A DNA stretch of 63,391 nucleotides, counting the filler, from Basidiobolus ranarum (lineage: Eukaryota), in assembly GCA_040143965.1 (NCBI GenBank). It is 42 parts of 42 records of this genome, joined end to end, with 100 filler letters (N's around TTAATTAATTAA, not from the genome) between each part and the next. Parts side by side here need not be neighbours in the genome. Positions count along the whole stretch, not along the records: positions 10,622 to 12,037 come from JASJQH010012127.1; positions 12,138 to 13,553 come from JASJQH010012128.1; positions 13,654 to 15,068 come from JASJQH010012129.1; positions 15,169 to 16,583 come from JASJQH010012130.1; positions 16,684 to 18,098 come from JASJQH010012131.1; positions 18,199 to 19,613 come from JASJQH010012132.1; positions 19,714 to 21,128 come from JASJQH010012133.1; positions 21,229 to 22,643 come from JASJQH010012134.1; 34 more parts are not named here. One strand, written 5' to 3'. Each line of letters begins with the position of its first letter. Position 1 is the stretch's first letter. Below are positions 10,622 to 22,743 of the stretch, piece after piece. The translations under genes and the position numbers were made by a program. The notes under the pieces are model-generated. The model ran no database searches. It had not been told where the DNA came from and saw only the letters and a program-made list of their open reading frames with translations.

Positions 10622-11275
10622 ACTGCTGATGCACAAAATTTTGAAAGCTACAGTGATGCAGACTGGGGAAGAAATCTTGATGATAGTGGATCAACACCTG
10701 GGTATGCTTTTCTCTATGGTATTGGAGCTGTAACTTGGAATAGGAAGAAGCAACCAAATATAGCACTTTTCACTACAAAAGCTGAGTGTATGGCTGCCTC
10801 TGCCACTACACAAGAAGCTATGTGCTTAAGGAAGCTATTTGCAGACTTAGAATACATGCAAAAACATGCTATTACTGTATTTGAAGATAATCATGGTTGT
10901 ATTTCATTTGCTAAAACTCTACATTTCATGCTCGAACAAAACACATAGATATTAGGCATCATTTTGTTAGAGAAGCAACCAAAAATGATAAAATCAAACT
11001 TGTCTGTTGCCCTGCTGAAGAAATGATTGCTGACATCTTAACCAAACCTTTAGCTAAAGCACAATTTGAAACATTAAGACATAAGTTAGGGTTATGAGAA
11101 ATACAAAATAATTAGTTGAGTTCAAATGTCAACAGTGAGTAAATAGCAACTCATTATGTTCTATTTCATAGTAAACTATAATCTGTTCAGATTCAATTCA
11201 ATAAAACTTGATAGTCTTATTCATAAATCCAAATCTTGTCCAAAACAATTCCAAATCCCTTCAACACTTTTGTCA
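10622..11275 (+). mobile_element. Copia RNaseH followed by a shortened 3' LTR (family C, 11127-11275)
   Basis: YSDADW, RTKHIDIRHHFVRE and MIADILTKPL. The LTR tail matches 17917-18040 and 43631-43750 in reverse. Confidence 0.85.
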
Positions 11276-11900
11276 TCAAGTACATCATACCATTTTGCAG
11301 ATGTTGTAGCTGGATGTTGTTGTCAATTGCGGACAACTCTGCTCTTACCAACTGCATCTAGGTCGTAGTTATCACCTAAGTAGTCTTTCCTTGTTTAGAT
11401 AGGGTATAAACTCCAAAACTAATCTTTCATGTTTGCCATATGTTGTGAAGCTCCTGAATCAATGTATCATGTTTCTGAGTCTTCTTTAGTGGTGATTGAT
11501 TGGGCAGACACAAATATATGAACCCTATCAGTACTTACTTGATTTGCTTGCTCAAATTTTAGTTTTTTAGCAAAAATCCTTTTGCTGCAATCCTCAATTA
11601 AATGTCCTGGTTTCTTGAAATACTTGCAGATGATTGATTTTCTATTATGGGTACTATTATTGAAGCCTGTTTGACTTCTTACAGCTCCAAACAATGTCTA
11701 ATCTGCATTATTTTACTGAGAATTAAATCTCCTTTATTCCTCATTCAAAAGCCTGGCACTTTTTGTATGTTACAGATACTTGCAATTGAGGCACATACAC
11801 TTAGCCTAATATGTCAGAACTGTTTTGCAAACACTTGAGGGACTATATGTGACTAAAAGTTTGGCAAATAGGCTAATCTTTGACAGCAATCAGGCACAAT
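11276..11900. mobile_element. Copia family C gag/protease fragments, partly inverted
   Basis: Minus strand carries a CKYFKKPGHLIEDC knuckle and YIDSGASQH. About 11780-11880 is gag sequence in plus orientation. Confidence 0.75.
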
Positions 11901-12742
11901 TCTAATGAATTCAGATGATTGTATTGGGCCAAGGCGACGATTGGAGGTCAGCATTTACAGATTCATTTACTATGTGGTTGTATGTCTCTAATCTTGCTTG
12001 TGTTACAGATCTTGTCTTTGATTATTCTATACTGGGANNNNNNNNNNNNNNNNNNNNNNNNNNNNNNNNNNNNNNNNNNNNTTAATTAATTAANNNNNNN
12101 NNNNNNNNNNNNNNNNNNNNNNNNNNNNNNNNNNNNNGAAAAATATCGAAAAAATAAATATTTATCGTGAAATAATTACCGAGGAGTATTAGTAACCATG
12201 GAAAATGGAGGTGATAGGCAATTTCGCCCATGAATTTCATCCTAGAGCTGCAAGTCCATTAACTAAAATCTTGATTTTTACGAGTATTACTAATTCATTT
12301 ACAATCACTTATTTCACGACTTGGCAAGCATTTTAAGGAAACTAAGGGACTATTGTGTTAGTTAAAGTATCTTTGTCTAAAAAGGAGATACATGTGGGCT
12401 TTTGTCATTTGAAAAATTGCCGTTGAAAAGTTAAAAATAATTCGAGATTGGAAATAGAATGGCCTGGGGAGTCCACAAATCATGGGGGATAGAGGATTAA
12501 AATTGACTACTTCTATATCAATCATTCTACCCAGCAATGCTGGAATTATGCTGCAAGGTGCGCCGAAGTCACATTGGCTCTTTTGATATTATTTTTATTG
12601 TATAGTAATTCCTTGATTAATGACATTACACCAATTTCGAAGCCACAATTTGGAGTATAAATTAGCACTATGCCTCACCAATAATCGATACCTCATTCAT
12701 CTTTTTCACAGGCTGAAAAACCTTATCAAAGAAACATTAGAA

Positions 12743-13553
12743 ATGTTTGCTAAAATTACTACTTCCCTCGTTATTCTTCTCGGAGTCTCCTCCACTGTTA
12801 TGGCTCATATGTCCATGACCCAGCCTGCTCCTCGTAAGTCAAAGTACAACTCTTTCTACAAGGGTGATTCCGTTGACTACAACATGGATGCTCCACTCAA
12901 TGACGGGGTAAGTAATTATTTACTTGATATCAGGTTGCTTTCTCGGATGGACTTCAGGGAATAGTATAGGGTGCAGTAAAAACTGCTTCAACCACCTTCT
13001 ATGCCTTGATATGAAAGCATGCTTGAAGCCAGAATTTCAACTGATCTGTTTACTAATCATATTCATTCACCCTTTAGTATGCTTACCCTTGTCGTGGTTA
13101 TGGAGCTGGGCCAAGTGTTGCCACCTACACCGCTGGCGGATCAGTTCAAGTCAACCTTGATGGTGGAGCTCCTCACAATGGTGGACATTGTCAGTTCTCA
13201 CTTTCTGTTGATGGAGGCAAGACCTTTGTCGTCATGAAGACTGTGATGGGTGATTGCATGATCGCCTCTCGTACTTACAGTGTTCCCATCCCCAAGAATG
13301 TTCCCAATGGCAAGGCCATCTTCGGATGGACCTGGGTCAACAAGACTGGTAACCGTGAATACTACATGAACTGTGCCGATGTCACCATTCAAGGTGGTAG
13401 CGGTCAGTGCATTAGTGGACCCAAGAACCTCATTGCCAACATTGCTGGATACCCTACTATTCCCGAGTTCACTGCTGGTGGATATGATGGTACTGATCTC
13501 TTCAACAAAAGACCATTCATCACATCTTGCTCCAATGGCAACACCTCCGGTGG
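12743..13553 (+). CDS. AA11-family lytic polysaccharide monooxygenase (chitin-type); exons 12743-12907 and 13078->13553, 3' truncated
   Basis: Signal peptide followed by His1 (VMA|HMSMTQP), YPCRG, APHNGGHCQFSLS and WTWVNKTGNREYYMNCAD. Phase-0 intron GTAAGT...TACTAAT...TAG. Confidence 0.9.
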
Positions 13554-13701
13554 NNNNNNNNNNNNNNNNNNNNNNNNNNNNNNNNNNNNNNNNNNNNTTA
13601 ATTAATTAANNNNNNNNNNNNNNNNNNNNNNNNNNNNNNNNNNNNNNNNNNNNAAGGCTGGTGGCGTCAGAGAATAAAGAATTACAAGCATGGTCACTGT
13701 A

Positions 13702-14862
13702 CCCTAACAGAAATTTGAGGATTGTTATTGTAGGAAAACTGCAACAATTTTAATTCATTTGGGATTGCCCGTTTACTTACCATCATAAAATTGTCAAGTT
13801 AGATTTGATTTTAATCAATTTTTTCAGTTTCATGAGTGAAATTCCTGATCTCACAAAATAGTTGCGCATGATTGGCTAAAATCTCAGAGAACTATGGATG
13901 AACACAGGTGCAAAAAATGTAACTCAAATTTTCACAATTACCACTTGAACGCTATTTGTCACCCTCAAAATCCCTAGTCTCTTCAATGTATTCTTGTGAC
14001 TATTTTTATAGAGTTCTTCATACCCAAGGTTTAGCTCATACCCAACACAAGTTTGTATCAATACCTCCATCAAAGCCCACCATTGTATTAATGTTGCTAA
14101 ATCAACATTCTTCCAGCTATGCAGCAGATACCCTACAATATTGTGCCACTCTGTATTAAGTTCTTCCCAGATATCTGCATAGTCATCACCAGACTGAATG
14201 TCAAGTTGAATGTTCTTCTTCCAAAACCACTTTCTGCATACTTGCATTGTGTTTTTCCCTTCATACTTGTGAAAGTACTCCTCAAGCACTTTACTATTTT
14301 GATGCTTCCTTTTGTGTGACACTACTGAGGGTGCTTTGTGGTATTTGTGTGGCTTTTTGCTTGCCTTTAACTTTAGTGCTAATTTCAACACTTTGAAAAG
14401 TACCAGTTGAGGTTGGAGGGCCATGAGTTTTACTTTGTGGTGCTTTGGCTTGTTGAGAGATGCCAGGTTTTAGATGAGCTTCCAAATTTAGCACTTTTCC
14501 AACTGGTGCACCAGTGAAATTATGCTTTTTTGCCAGTATAGCTGACTCTGGAAATGCAGATCTTTGTAATAGTGTGAAGAATTTGGTAAGTGGGAGAGTA
14601 GAGCCTAAGCTCACTGGCTCCTTTGCTTTCCTCTTGGGTTTACTAACTTCCTGCTCCTTGAATACTTCTTTAGCTGCTTTTCTTTGTTTTCCAAGTCAAT
14701 AATTGCACACATTTTTGAGATATTTCATGAATAGGCCTATACTAGCCCAATTGCCATTTGCTTGTAATAACCCAGGATAAGTTACATGAAATAAGTCAAG
14801 AATCTTCAGAGTAATGCCTGGTTTTTGGTTTTTCCACAATTGGCTCAAATTGAGGTGATTTT
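13702..14862 (-). mobile_element. CACTA element terminus B and ORF2 C-terminal half
   Basis: CCCTAACAGAAATTTGAGG terminus at 13702. The DIWEELNTEW...WWALME...NLGYEE domain is shared with contigs at 20677, 29265 and 43912. Confidence 0.8.
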
Positions 14863-15068
14863 TGTTGAAGTTTATTGCCTTTATCATATTTATTATCTCT
14901 ATCTTTATAGACCTAACTATTACATATAGTACATATAAGTTAGTTAACATTACTTAGTGTTGGATAATTAATCTTTATTCAACATCATAGTTAACTTTAG
15001 TTATGATACATATATCAGAAACAGAAAGCAACATATCTATAGCCCCTATATTCTAAATAGGTATATCT
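14863..15068 (+). mobile_element. Nested copia LTRs: family B (14863-14957) interrupted by family D (14958-15068)
   Basis: Both start with TG and match 39438 onward and 20123 onward respectively. Confidence 0.75.
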
Positions 15069-15168
15069 NNNNNNNNNNNNNNNNNNNNNNNNNNNNNNNN
15101 NNNNNNNNNNNNTTAATTAATTAANNNNNNNNNNNNNNNNNNNNNNNNNNNNNNNNNNNNNNNNNNNN

Positions 15169-16247
15169 ATTTTGGTTGGGGGGTTAATTTGAATTCCAGA
15201 AATTAGGTGATTTTTGATCATTTTGCTCAAATAATCAAATCCAATATGGCCAAATCTCTTATGCAATAATTGAATAGTTTCTTGATTGGAATAACTTATA
15301 TTTACATATAAACCTCTTGGATTATATGTAAGTTTGTATAAGTTTTGATCCTTTTCTCCTGATGCTAAATAATTCCATTTTGATCAGTGATGGTGCATCC
15401 TGACTTATCAAAATTGAATTTTAGCCCTTCTGAGGTGGCCTTGCATGCAGATATTAAATTCTTGGTAATATCTGGAAAATGTAGTACATCGTTGAAAGTA
15501 TATATCTTCTGTTCAGAAGCTCCATTTAAATTGACTTGAATTGTTCCCATTCCAATAGCATCCAATGTGCAGTCATCTCCCATGAAAACCTTTCTAATTG
15601 GGATTTCTTCATATGCCACAAACCTATGTTTTTCATTTGTACATCCTTAAAAGTCTACACTTTCTCTCTAGAAGCTCCAGTTAAATTGACTTGAATTGTT
15701 CCCAATCCAATAGCATCTCATGTACTGTCATCTCCCACAAAAACCTTTCTAATTGGGATTTCTTGATATTCCACAAGCCAATGTTTTTCATTTGTGAAAT
15801 GTCGGGAGGCTCCAGACTCACTCTACCACATTTGAGAATCCTTGTTGGTAGTCATGGATAGGGCAGATATCAACAAGTGATCTTCTGCTGTAACCATATT
15901 TCCAAATTCAGTATGATTTTCTTCTTTTGCAACTCTTTAACAGCAATCTTTGCTTAGATGGCCAGTTCTTTTACAGTAATCACAGAATGTGTTACTTTTC
16001 TTCTCAAGTGCTTTTGACCTTTATAGGAATGTTTCCCAAAGCCTATTAAAGCATTTTCTTCATTCTGAGGGTTGGATCCCAGTGTGCACAAATCTTCATC
16101 CAGAAGTCTGCCAAATACATAATTTAAGGTCAAATTGTATGTTCTTGATTCCAGAGCCATTACTAGGCTTTGAAACTCTTGTGGCAGGCTATTCAGGACT
16201 GTAACTATGACATCTTGATCAGTAGTAGGTACTCCATTACTTTACAT
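15169..16247 (-). mobile_element. Copia gag-protease-pre-integrase, degenerate, with an internal duplication of about 155 bp
   Basis: MALESR, SGASRHF, KVFMGDDCTL, NLISACK and HKRFGH. Similar to 61995-62890. Confidence 0.88.
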
Positions 16248-16583
16248 TGTTGAAATTAGCATTGCATAAACAACTATGTAGTCATATATAGCTTAGTACT
16301 TAGTTATCTTATAATTCACTAAGATATTATCAATTATTCTCAATCAGAATTTGCTTAGAATATTTTTACCTACTTAGAAGTTCTCAGATATATAGATTTT
16401 TCAAACTTGTGCTAGAAGCCCCAAACCTTGTACACATATTCCTGGGACCTTCTTTAACATATTCAACATGTCAGTTTGTTTACATCTTGACAAAACTATA
16501 AATGTCAACTTTCTACTCAATAAATCAATAAGTGAAAACCACCAATTCCTCTAATTCTCCAAACCACTTCCAACATGCTCCCA
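16248..16583 (+). mobile_element. Copia LTR family A
   Basis: TGTTGAAATTAGCATTGC..., matching 56831-57179, 54950-55297 and 59109-59456. Confidence 0.88.
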
Positions 16584-16683
16584 NNNNNNNNNNNNNNNNN
16601 NNNNNNNNNNNNNNNNNNNNNNNNNNNTTAATTAATTAANNNNNNNNNNNNNNNNNNNNNNNNNNNNNNNNNNNNNNNNNNNN

Positions 16684-18098
16684 CATGCTCAGAATGCAAT
16701 TTGTTGATTTCTAGCTTGTATAAGTTTTGAGTATTGATCCCAGTAGCTAATTTGGTATTATATTGAACTGTGATAGTGCATCAAGCCTTACTGAACATGA
16801 AATTTAGTCCATGAGTTGTTGCTTGGCTTACTGAGAGTAGATTCTTGGCTATATTAGGTACATAGAGTACATCATCCAATTTTGCATATGGTGTAGTGGA
16901 ATATTCGTCTAAATTCAGTACAACTCTGCCTTTACCAACTGCATCTAGTGCATAGTCATCATCTCAACTTTCCTTGTTTGGATTAGTTTTAAGCTGGAAA
17001 ACCAATCTCTCCTGTTTGACATATTCTGAGAAGCTCTGGTATCAATGTGCCTCATTTCTGAGTCTTCTTGAGTGGTTACTGATAGGGCAGACACAAATAG
17101 ATGATCCCTATCAGTGCTTACTTGAATTGCTTGTTCTGATTTTAGCTTTTTGGCAAAAATCCTTTTTCTACAATTTTTGATAATAGAGCTTGGTTTCTTG
17201 CAATACTTGCATATGATTGATTTCCTATTAGAGGCACCATTATTGAAGCCTATTGGATGTTTTACAGCTCCAAAAAATGCCTGTTCTGCATTATTTTGCT
17301 GAGAATTAAATCTCCTTAACTCTTCATTCAAAAGCCAAGCACCTAAATATTCCATAATTAAAGGCTCTGATATTGATTCTAGGGCAATTATAAGGTTCCC
17401 AAACTTGTCTGGCAGGCTCCCAAGTAGTGTCATGACTAAGTCATCTTTATTTGGAGGTGCTCCAATGGATGAGAGCTGATCTGCCATAGTTTTTATCAGA
17501 TTTATATGATTAATCTTAGAAACATCAAATTTATCTGAATTGGGAATAATTCTCACCTTCAATATAGCTTATTAGCCAGATGTTTAGTGTCATATAGTCC
17601 CTCAGGTGTTTCCCAAGCATTTTGGACATTTTTGGCTGCTTGTATGTACCTCAATTGAGAGTCTCTGCAATGTAGACAGAGTGTAAAGAGTGTTTTCCTC
17701 TGTTACTTGTGAAAGGCAAGGATTGCTTCTGGTGATCCCTTTGGCTCTATTTCTTCTCCTGTAACAAATCCCCAAAGGTCCATGTCTTCTAGCACTATTT
17801 GCCTCTTGAACTTCCCAAGATCAAAGTCTTCACCATCAAACTTCTCCGCAGATGCAAAAACATTGGTAATAGTACTGGTAGACAATCCTTTAACAGCTAG
17901 CTTGGGGCTCATAACCTGATAAAAGTTCTTAGTGGATTTGGAAGTGTTTTGGACAAGATTTGGATTTGTGAATTAGACACTTAAGTTTTATTGAATTGAA
18001 TATGTCCTATTTATAGTTTGCTATGAAATACAACTATTGGATGTGCTCAGATCATAACAAACATTCCTGTTGAATATGGGTGAACATTTGAGTTGATT
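16684..18098 (-). mobile_element. Copia family C: 5' LTR (17917-18098), PBS (17905-17916), gag-protease
   Basis: PBS GGTTATGAGCCC; EKFDGEDF.L.KFK, LLGSLPDKFGNLIIALES and a CKYCKK knuckle. Confidence 0.92.
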
Positions 18099-18198
18099 NN
18101 NNNNNNNNNNNNNNNNNNNNNNNNNNNNNNNNNNNNNNNNNNTTAATTAATTAANNNNNNNNNNNNNNNNNNNNNNNNNNNNNNNNNNNNNNNNNNNN

Positions 18199-18430
18199 AG
18201 TACCAATTTCCCATCTTAGCAGATGCAATTGGATGATATCTCTGCCTGATTACTACCCTCACACTAGCCACCAGGAGCCTAGTGCTGATTTAGCCTTTTC
18301 TGATGAGCCTAAATCAGTACAGGAGGCTAAGGAGACTTCCAACACAAAGTTTTGGAGTGCTGCAATAGCAGAGGAGTATCAGTTACTTATACATAATCAA
18401 ACTTGGACTTTGGTTAAGTTACCTGATGAC
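18199..18430 (+). mobile_element. Copia RT N-terminal fragment
   Basis: DEPKSVQEA...W..AIAEEYQLLIHNQTWTLVKLP. Confidence 0.85.
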
Positions 18431-18706
18431 ACTCCAAGCTCCTATCATTACTATTGCACAATTTCTATTTTATTATCCATATTTGACTAACTAATATTTT
18501 CTAGCCAATCATATCACACCCTTAGGATTATCCCCTATTATTTCAGACTTATCAGTATTAATGCACATTAGCCCTATTTTTTTCTGGAAAATTCTACAAT
18601 CTTCAGGAACATTCCATAGACTTGTTCCATTTTATTGAGCAAGATCAGGCCAGCTAAAAAGTATGCCAGCACAAATTGGCATGAATGGGCACTATTTGGC
18701 ATGATG

Positions 18707-19613
18707 TTATTTACCATTGTGGTGTCTTAAGTCTAGAGCTCTCAATGGATATCTTTGAGTATGAATGTACTGAGAATGAATCAAGATTTTGACTACTTTG
18801 CCTAACTTTGATTGAGGCTCACAAAATGATTTTCCTCTATACTTTCCTGCTACAATGCTATATCTCTCTAAGAAACTGAAGCCATGTTCTACTCTTGCTC
18901 TGAAATGGGAAAAAATGTCATTACAAAGCTTTTGCCTCTCTGTGAGTATCCCTCTTCTGGGCCTCTTGTTAGCAGTGACACATCCTAGCCTTTTGCATTC
19001 TTCCCCAACATATGCCAAATCAGCTGTAGTCTTCTCATATCTTACAAATGGTGCATGCCTCTGAACCTAAAGCCCTTTGTCATGGTGTCGCCCTGGATAT
19101 GGCCCATTAAACCAAATGATGTTTCTTTTAAATCTGTCAAAGCCTGCAACTTTACACAGTGGGCTTTGTACTTGACAGAATAGAATAGCTTTTGGTTGCT
19201 TTTGAGTCTGTTAATTCTGACTGGAAATGTGTCAAGAAAACTTCTGATATGAGCTCTATTGGGAAATACTCCAGGAAATGGAAGGAAAACAGAGTCTCTA
19301 AATCTTTTGTCCCAGGCATCTTCAACATCATTCATCACTGAAGCTAGATAATTCTCACTTACTTGAAGCCTGGTATGGAAGCTTCTCCCACTTTTGCTAC
19401 CATTAATAGTGCACTGAAATCTGATTGGACAATAGTTTTTGTAGTAACAAAACAAATTGACTAGCTGCTTTCTGGTAGGTATTGGAGTATATGAGCCACA
19501 GTATTTCTCAAATATAGCCTCTAGGGTGGTGATAGGAAAGCCAGTAGTTGCTTTTGGATTAATGAGGAATGACCATTTAGAGTAGATGGAGAGCATGATA
19601 TTAATCTTGTATT
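18707..19613 (-). mobile_element. PIF/Harbinger-ISL2EU (DDE_Tnp_4 / IS5-like) transposase, frameshifted
   Basis: FLDTFPVRI, QKLFYS.KYKAHCVKLQ, GPYPGRHHD, ADLAYVG and N.IFSHFRARVEH. Confidence 0.8.
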
Positions 19614-19810
19614 NNNNNNNNNNNNNNNNNNNNNNNNNNNNNNNNNNNNNNNNNNNNTTAATTAATTAANNNNNNNNNNNNNNNNNNNNNNNNNNNNNNN
19701 NNNNNNNNNNNNNGTAGGTGAGGACACTACTCAGTGATGTGAGTTTTGCGCTTGGCGGAATTTTTTCACTATAAATATACATTAGTATACCCATGTAAGG
19801 TCCTACCAAA

Positions 19811-20676
19811 GTATTTTGGGAGTTTGTTGGAAGTGGTTTAGAGAACTAGAGGAATTTGTGCTTTTCACTTATTGACCTATTGTTGAAGTGTTTTGGTAGC
19901 TTGTTGGAAGTGGTCTGGAGAATTAGAGAATTTGGTGGTGTTCACTCATTGATTTGTGGAGTTGAAAGTTGTCATTTAAAGTTTTGTCAAGATGCATCCA
20001 AAATAACATCTAAAATCTGCTAAGGTGGACCCCAGGAGCATGTATGTAGAGTTTAGGGCCTTTAGCACAGGTTTGAAAAATGTATATATCTGAGAACTTC
20101 CAAGTAAATTCCAACTGAAAATTGCTGGATAATTAATCTTTTTTCAACATCTTAGTTAACATTAGTTATGATACAAATACCAGAGACAGAAGGCAATGTA
20201 TCTATAGCCCCTATAATCTAAATAGGAATATCTCTATATCTATATCACAAGTATGTCTTATTAACCCCACTTATCTATTATCACTTATTACACAAACTCC
20301 TGAATATCTCAAACAATTGTTTTACTTTTCTACTATAGAAGTCACCATAAACCCTTAAGAATACAGTAGCTAAGCACTCTATCATAAGTTACTTCTAATA
20401 CACAAAGTCTACCCCCATTATGTCAAGATCCTCCAACATGTTAGCAGCAAGTGAATTAGAGTCTTCTTCCAAAAAGGAGATTACTAATATTCCAACATTC
20501 AATGGGGAATATTTCCATGAATGGAAATTCAAGATACAACTTGTGCTTGAAGGGAAATATGTCTGGAAAGTAGTTCAACCAGTTGAAGAAGAAACATCTG
20601 AAGAAGAAAGTACAGGTTTTGACATTTATATAAAGAAGCCAGAGCAACCTTCAAAGAAAAAGACAGATTTGCATAT
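19811..20676. mobile_element. Diverged LTR A (minus) interrupted by copia family D 5' LTR (from 20123) and gag start (20420)
   Basis: Gag IPTFNGEYFHEWKFKIQLVLE. LTR D matches 14958-15068. Confidence 0.75.
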
Positions 20677-21128
20677 CCCTAACACAAATTTGAGGATTGT
20701 TATTGTAGGAAAACCATCACAATTTTAATCCATTTGGGATTGACCATTTACTTACCATCATAAAATCATCAAGTAAAATTTGAATTTAATCAATTTTTTC
20801 AGTTTCAGGAGTGAAATTTCAAGATCTCACAAAATAGTTGCACATGATTGGCTACAATCTCAGCAAACTATGGATCAACACATGTGCAATAAATGTAACT
20901 CAAATTTTACACATTTACCAGTTGAATGCTAATTTGTCACCCTCCAACTTCCTAGCTTCTTTGATTTTTTTTCCTGAATATTTTTATAAAGTTCTGGATA
21001 CCCAAGATTTAGCTCATATCCAACACAAGTTTGTATCAATATCCCCATCAAAGCCCACCATTGTATTAATGTTGCTGAATCAACATTCTTCCACCAATCT
21101 TGCAGATAACTTTCAATATTTTGCCACA
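20677..21128 (-). mobile_element. CACTA terminus B inserted in copia gag
   Basis: CCCTAACACAAATTTGAGG at 20677, followed by the same subterminal sequence as 13702. Confidence 0.85.
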
Positions 21129-21228
21129 NNNNNNNNNNNNNNNNNNNNNNNNNNNNNNNNNNNNNNNNNNNNTTAATTAATTAANNNNNNNNNNNNNNNN
21201 NNNNNNNNNNNNNNNNNNNNNNNNNNNN

Positions 21229-22643
21229 AGTAAACCCAGTAATTTGCCATTTGAAAATTATATTTTTGCTAAAATTGCTGGATATTGAATAACGCATGCC
21301 AAATTTGACAATCAATATTTTAACATGTATGAATACCACCAAGATACCGTCAAGAAACCACCGTCACATCATCAAAATCCCTGGCACAATGCAAGCCAAC
21401 AATATTGTGACAGTTCTCTGACGGTTTTGCTATTTCAGAGGGTGGATCCGATCCGGATCAAATCGACTTTTTTTTGTTAGGGCGATAAAGGAGGTATTTT
21501 GGGTATATCACAAATATATCATCAGCTGGTTCTGAGATAGTAACACAGATGAGTCATCAGGGTATTTACAAGATATTTCTGGTAATGGATGGCAGTTGAG
21601 GTTTATTATATACTCTTTCCAAGCAATTTCATTACACCAAGTTTACTGTCTGAAAATTTTAATGCCATTCAAAGAGCATTAAAAATCTAAATCAAAATTG
21701 GCTACCAAGCAAAAGCCTGCTGATGAGAAAGGAAAAAACCAGCAAGAACAGAGGTCTTAACTGATGAGCAGTGTAGTACTCTCATATGCACTTTGGAAGG
21801 CATTTACATACTGGAAACTAACTCAAGTAATGATGAAGCATTAGTCAATTTACCAGCTGTGTTCCTATCCAGCCATAGTGCAAGTGAAGAGATTGTAATC
21901 CCCCAATTACATAGTAAGTTAATAGTTTAGTTCAACAGAAGAACCATTAAGACCATCTACTTTCAAAATGGCTACTTTGCCCACTATTGAACAACCCTGA
22001 GTAGAAAATTTGGATAGAACTATTACAACAAGGGAATTGCAGGCAGAACACTGTAATGATTTGTATGCAATCATAAGTAAAACTACAAAGTAGCTATACT
22101 GGGCAGAAAAAGCAATAACACCACAGTATTGTAATTAATGCAGCATTCTGAAGCAACTAGTCAACAGTTAGAGGGTCACTCAGCAATGACACAAGACCTT
22201 CAGAATACTGTACTTGAGCTATAGCAACATGCTGCTCCCTCCAACTATTCTCATATGGCATTTCAATCAATCCCTCACCATACATATGAATGTCACTGTG
22301 ATAATCTAGCAGAGCAGAATATGTGCTGGACCATTTAGCCTACACAAAGACCCAAAATTGCTTGGGCACATGAAAGTAGAAATCACATAGGAAAACAAGC
22401 TAACCAATAGACTCTGAGTGGTTCAGCATATTGGAAACTGTGTGGAATCTTGATGGAAGTCATCTTGATTTGAGCCAATTGTGGAAAAACTAAACACCAG
22501 CTGATATACTGAAGTCTCTTGACTTATTTCATGTGGCTTCTCCTAGGCTTTTGCAAGCAAAAGGCAATTAGGCTACTGCAGGCCTATTCACCAAACATCT
22601 CAAAAATGTACACAATTCTTGACTTGGAAAAGAAAGAAAAGCA
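21229..22643 (+). mobile_element. CACTA terminus A (ends 21482) abutting the intergenic region and ORF2 (ATG 21968) of another copy
   Basis: ...GTTAGGG end. MATLPTIEQP..ITTRELQAEH matches ORF 36850-37212. Confidence 0.8.
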
Positions 22644-22743
22644 NNNNNNNNNNNNNNNNNNNNNNNNNNNNNNNNNNNNNNNNNNNNTTAATTAATTAAN
22701 NNNNNNNNNNNNNNNNNNNNNNNNNNNNNNNNNNNNNNNNNNN

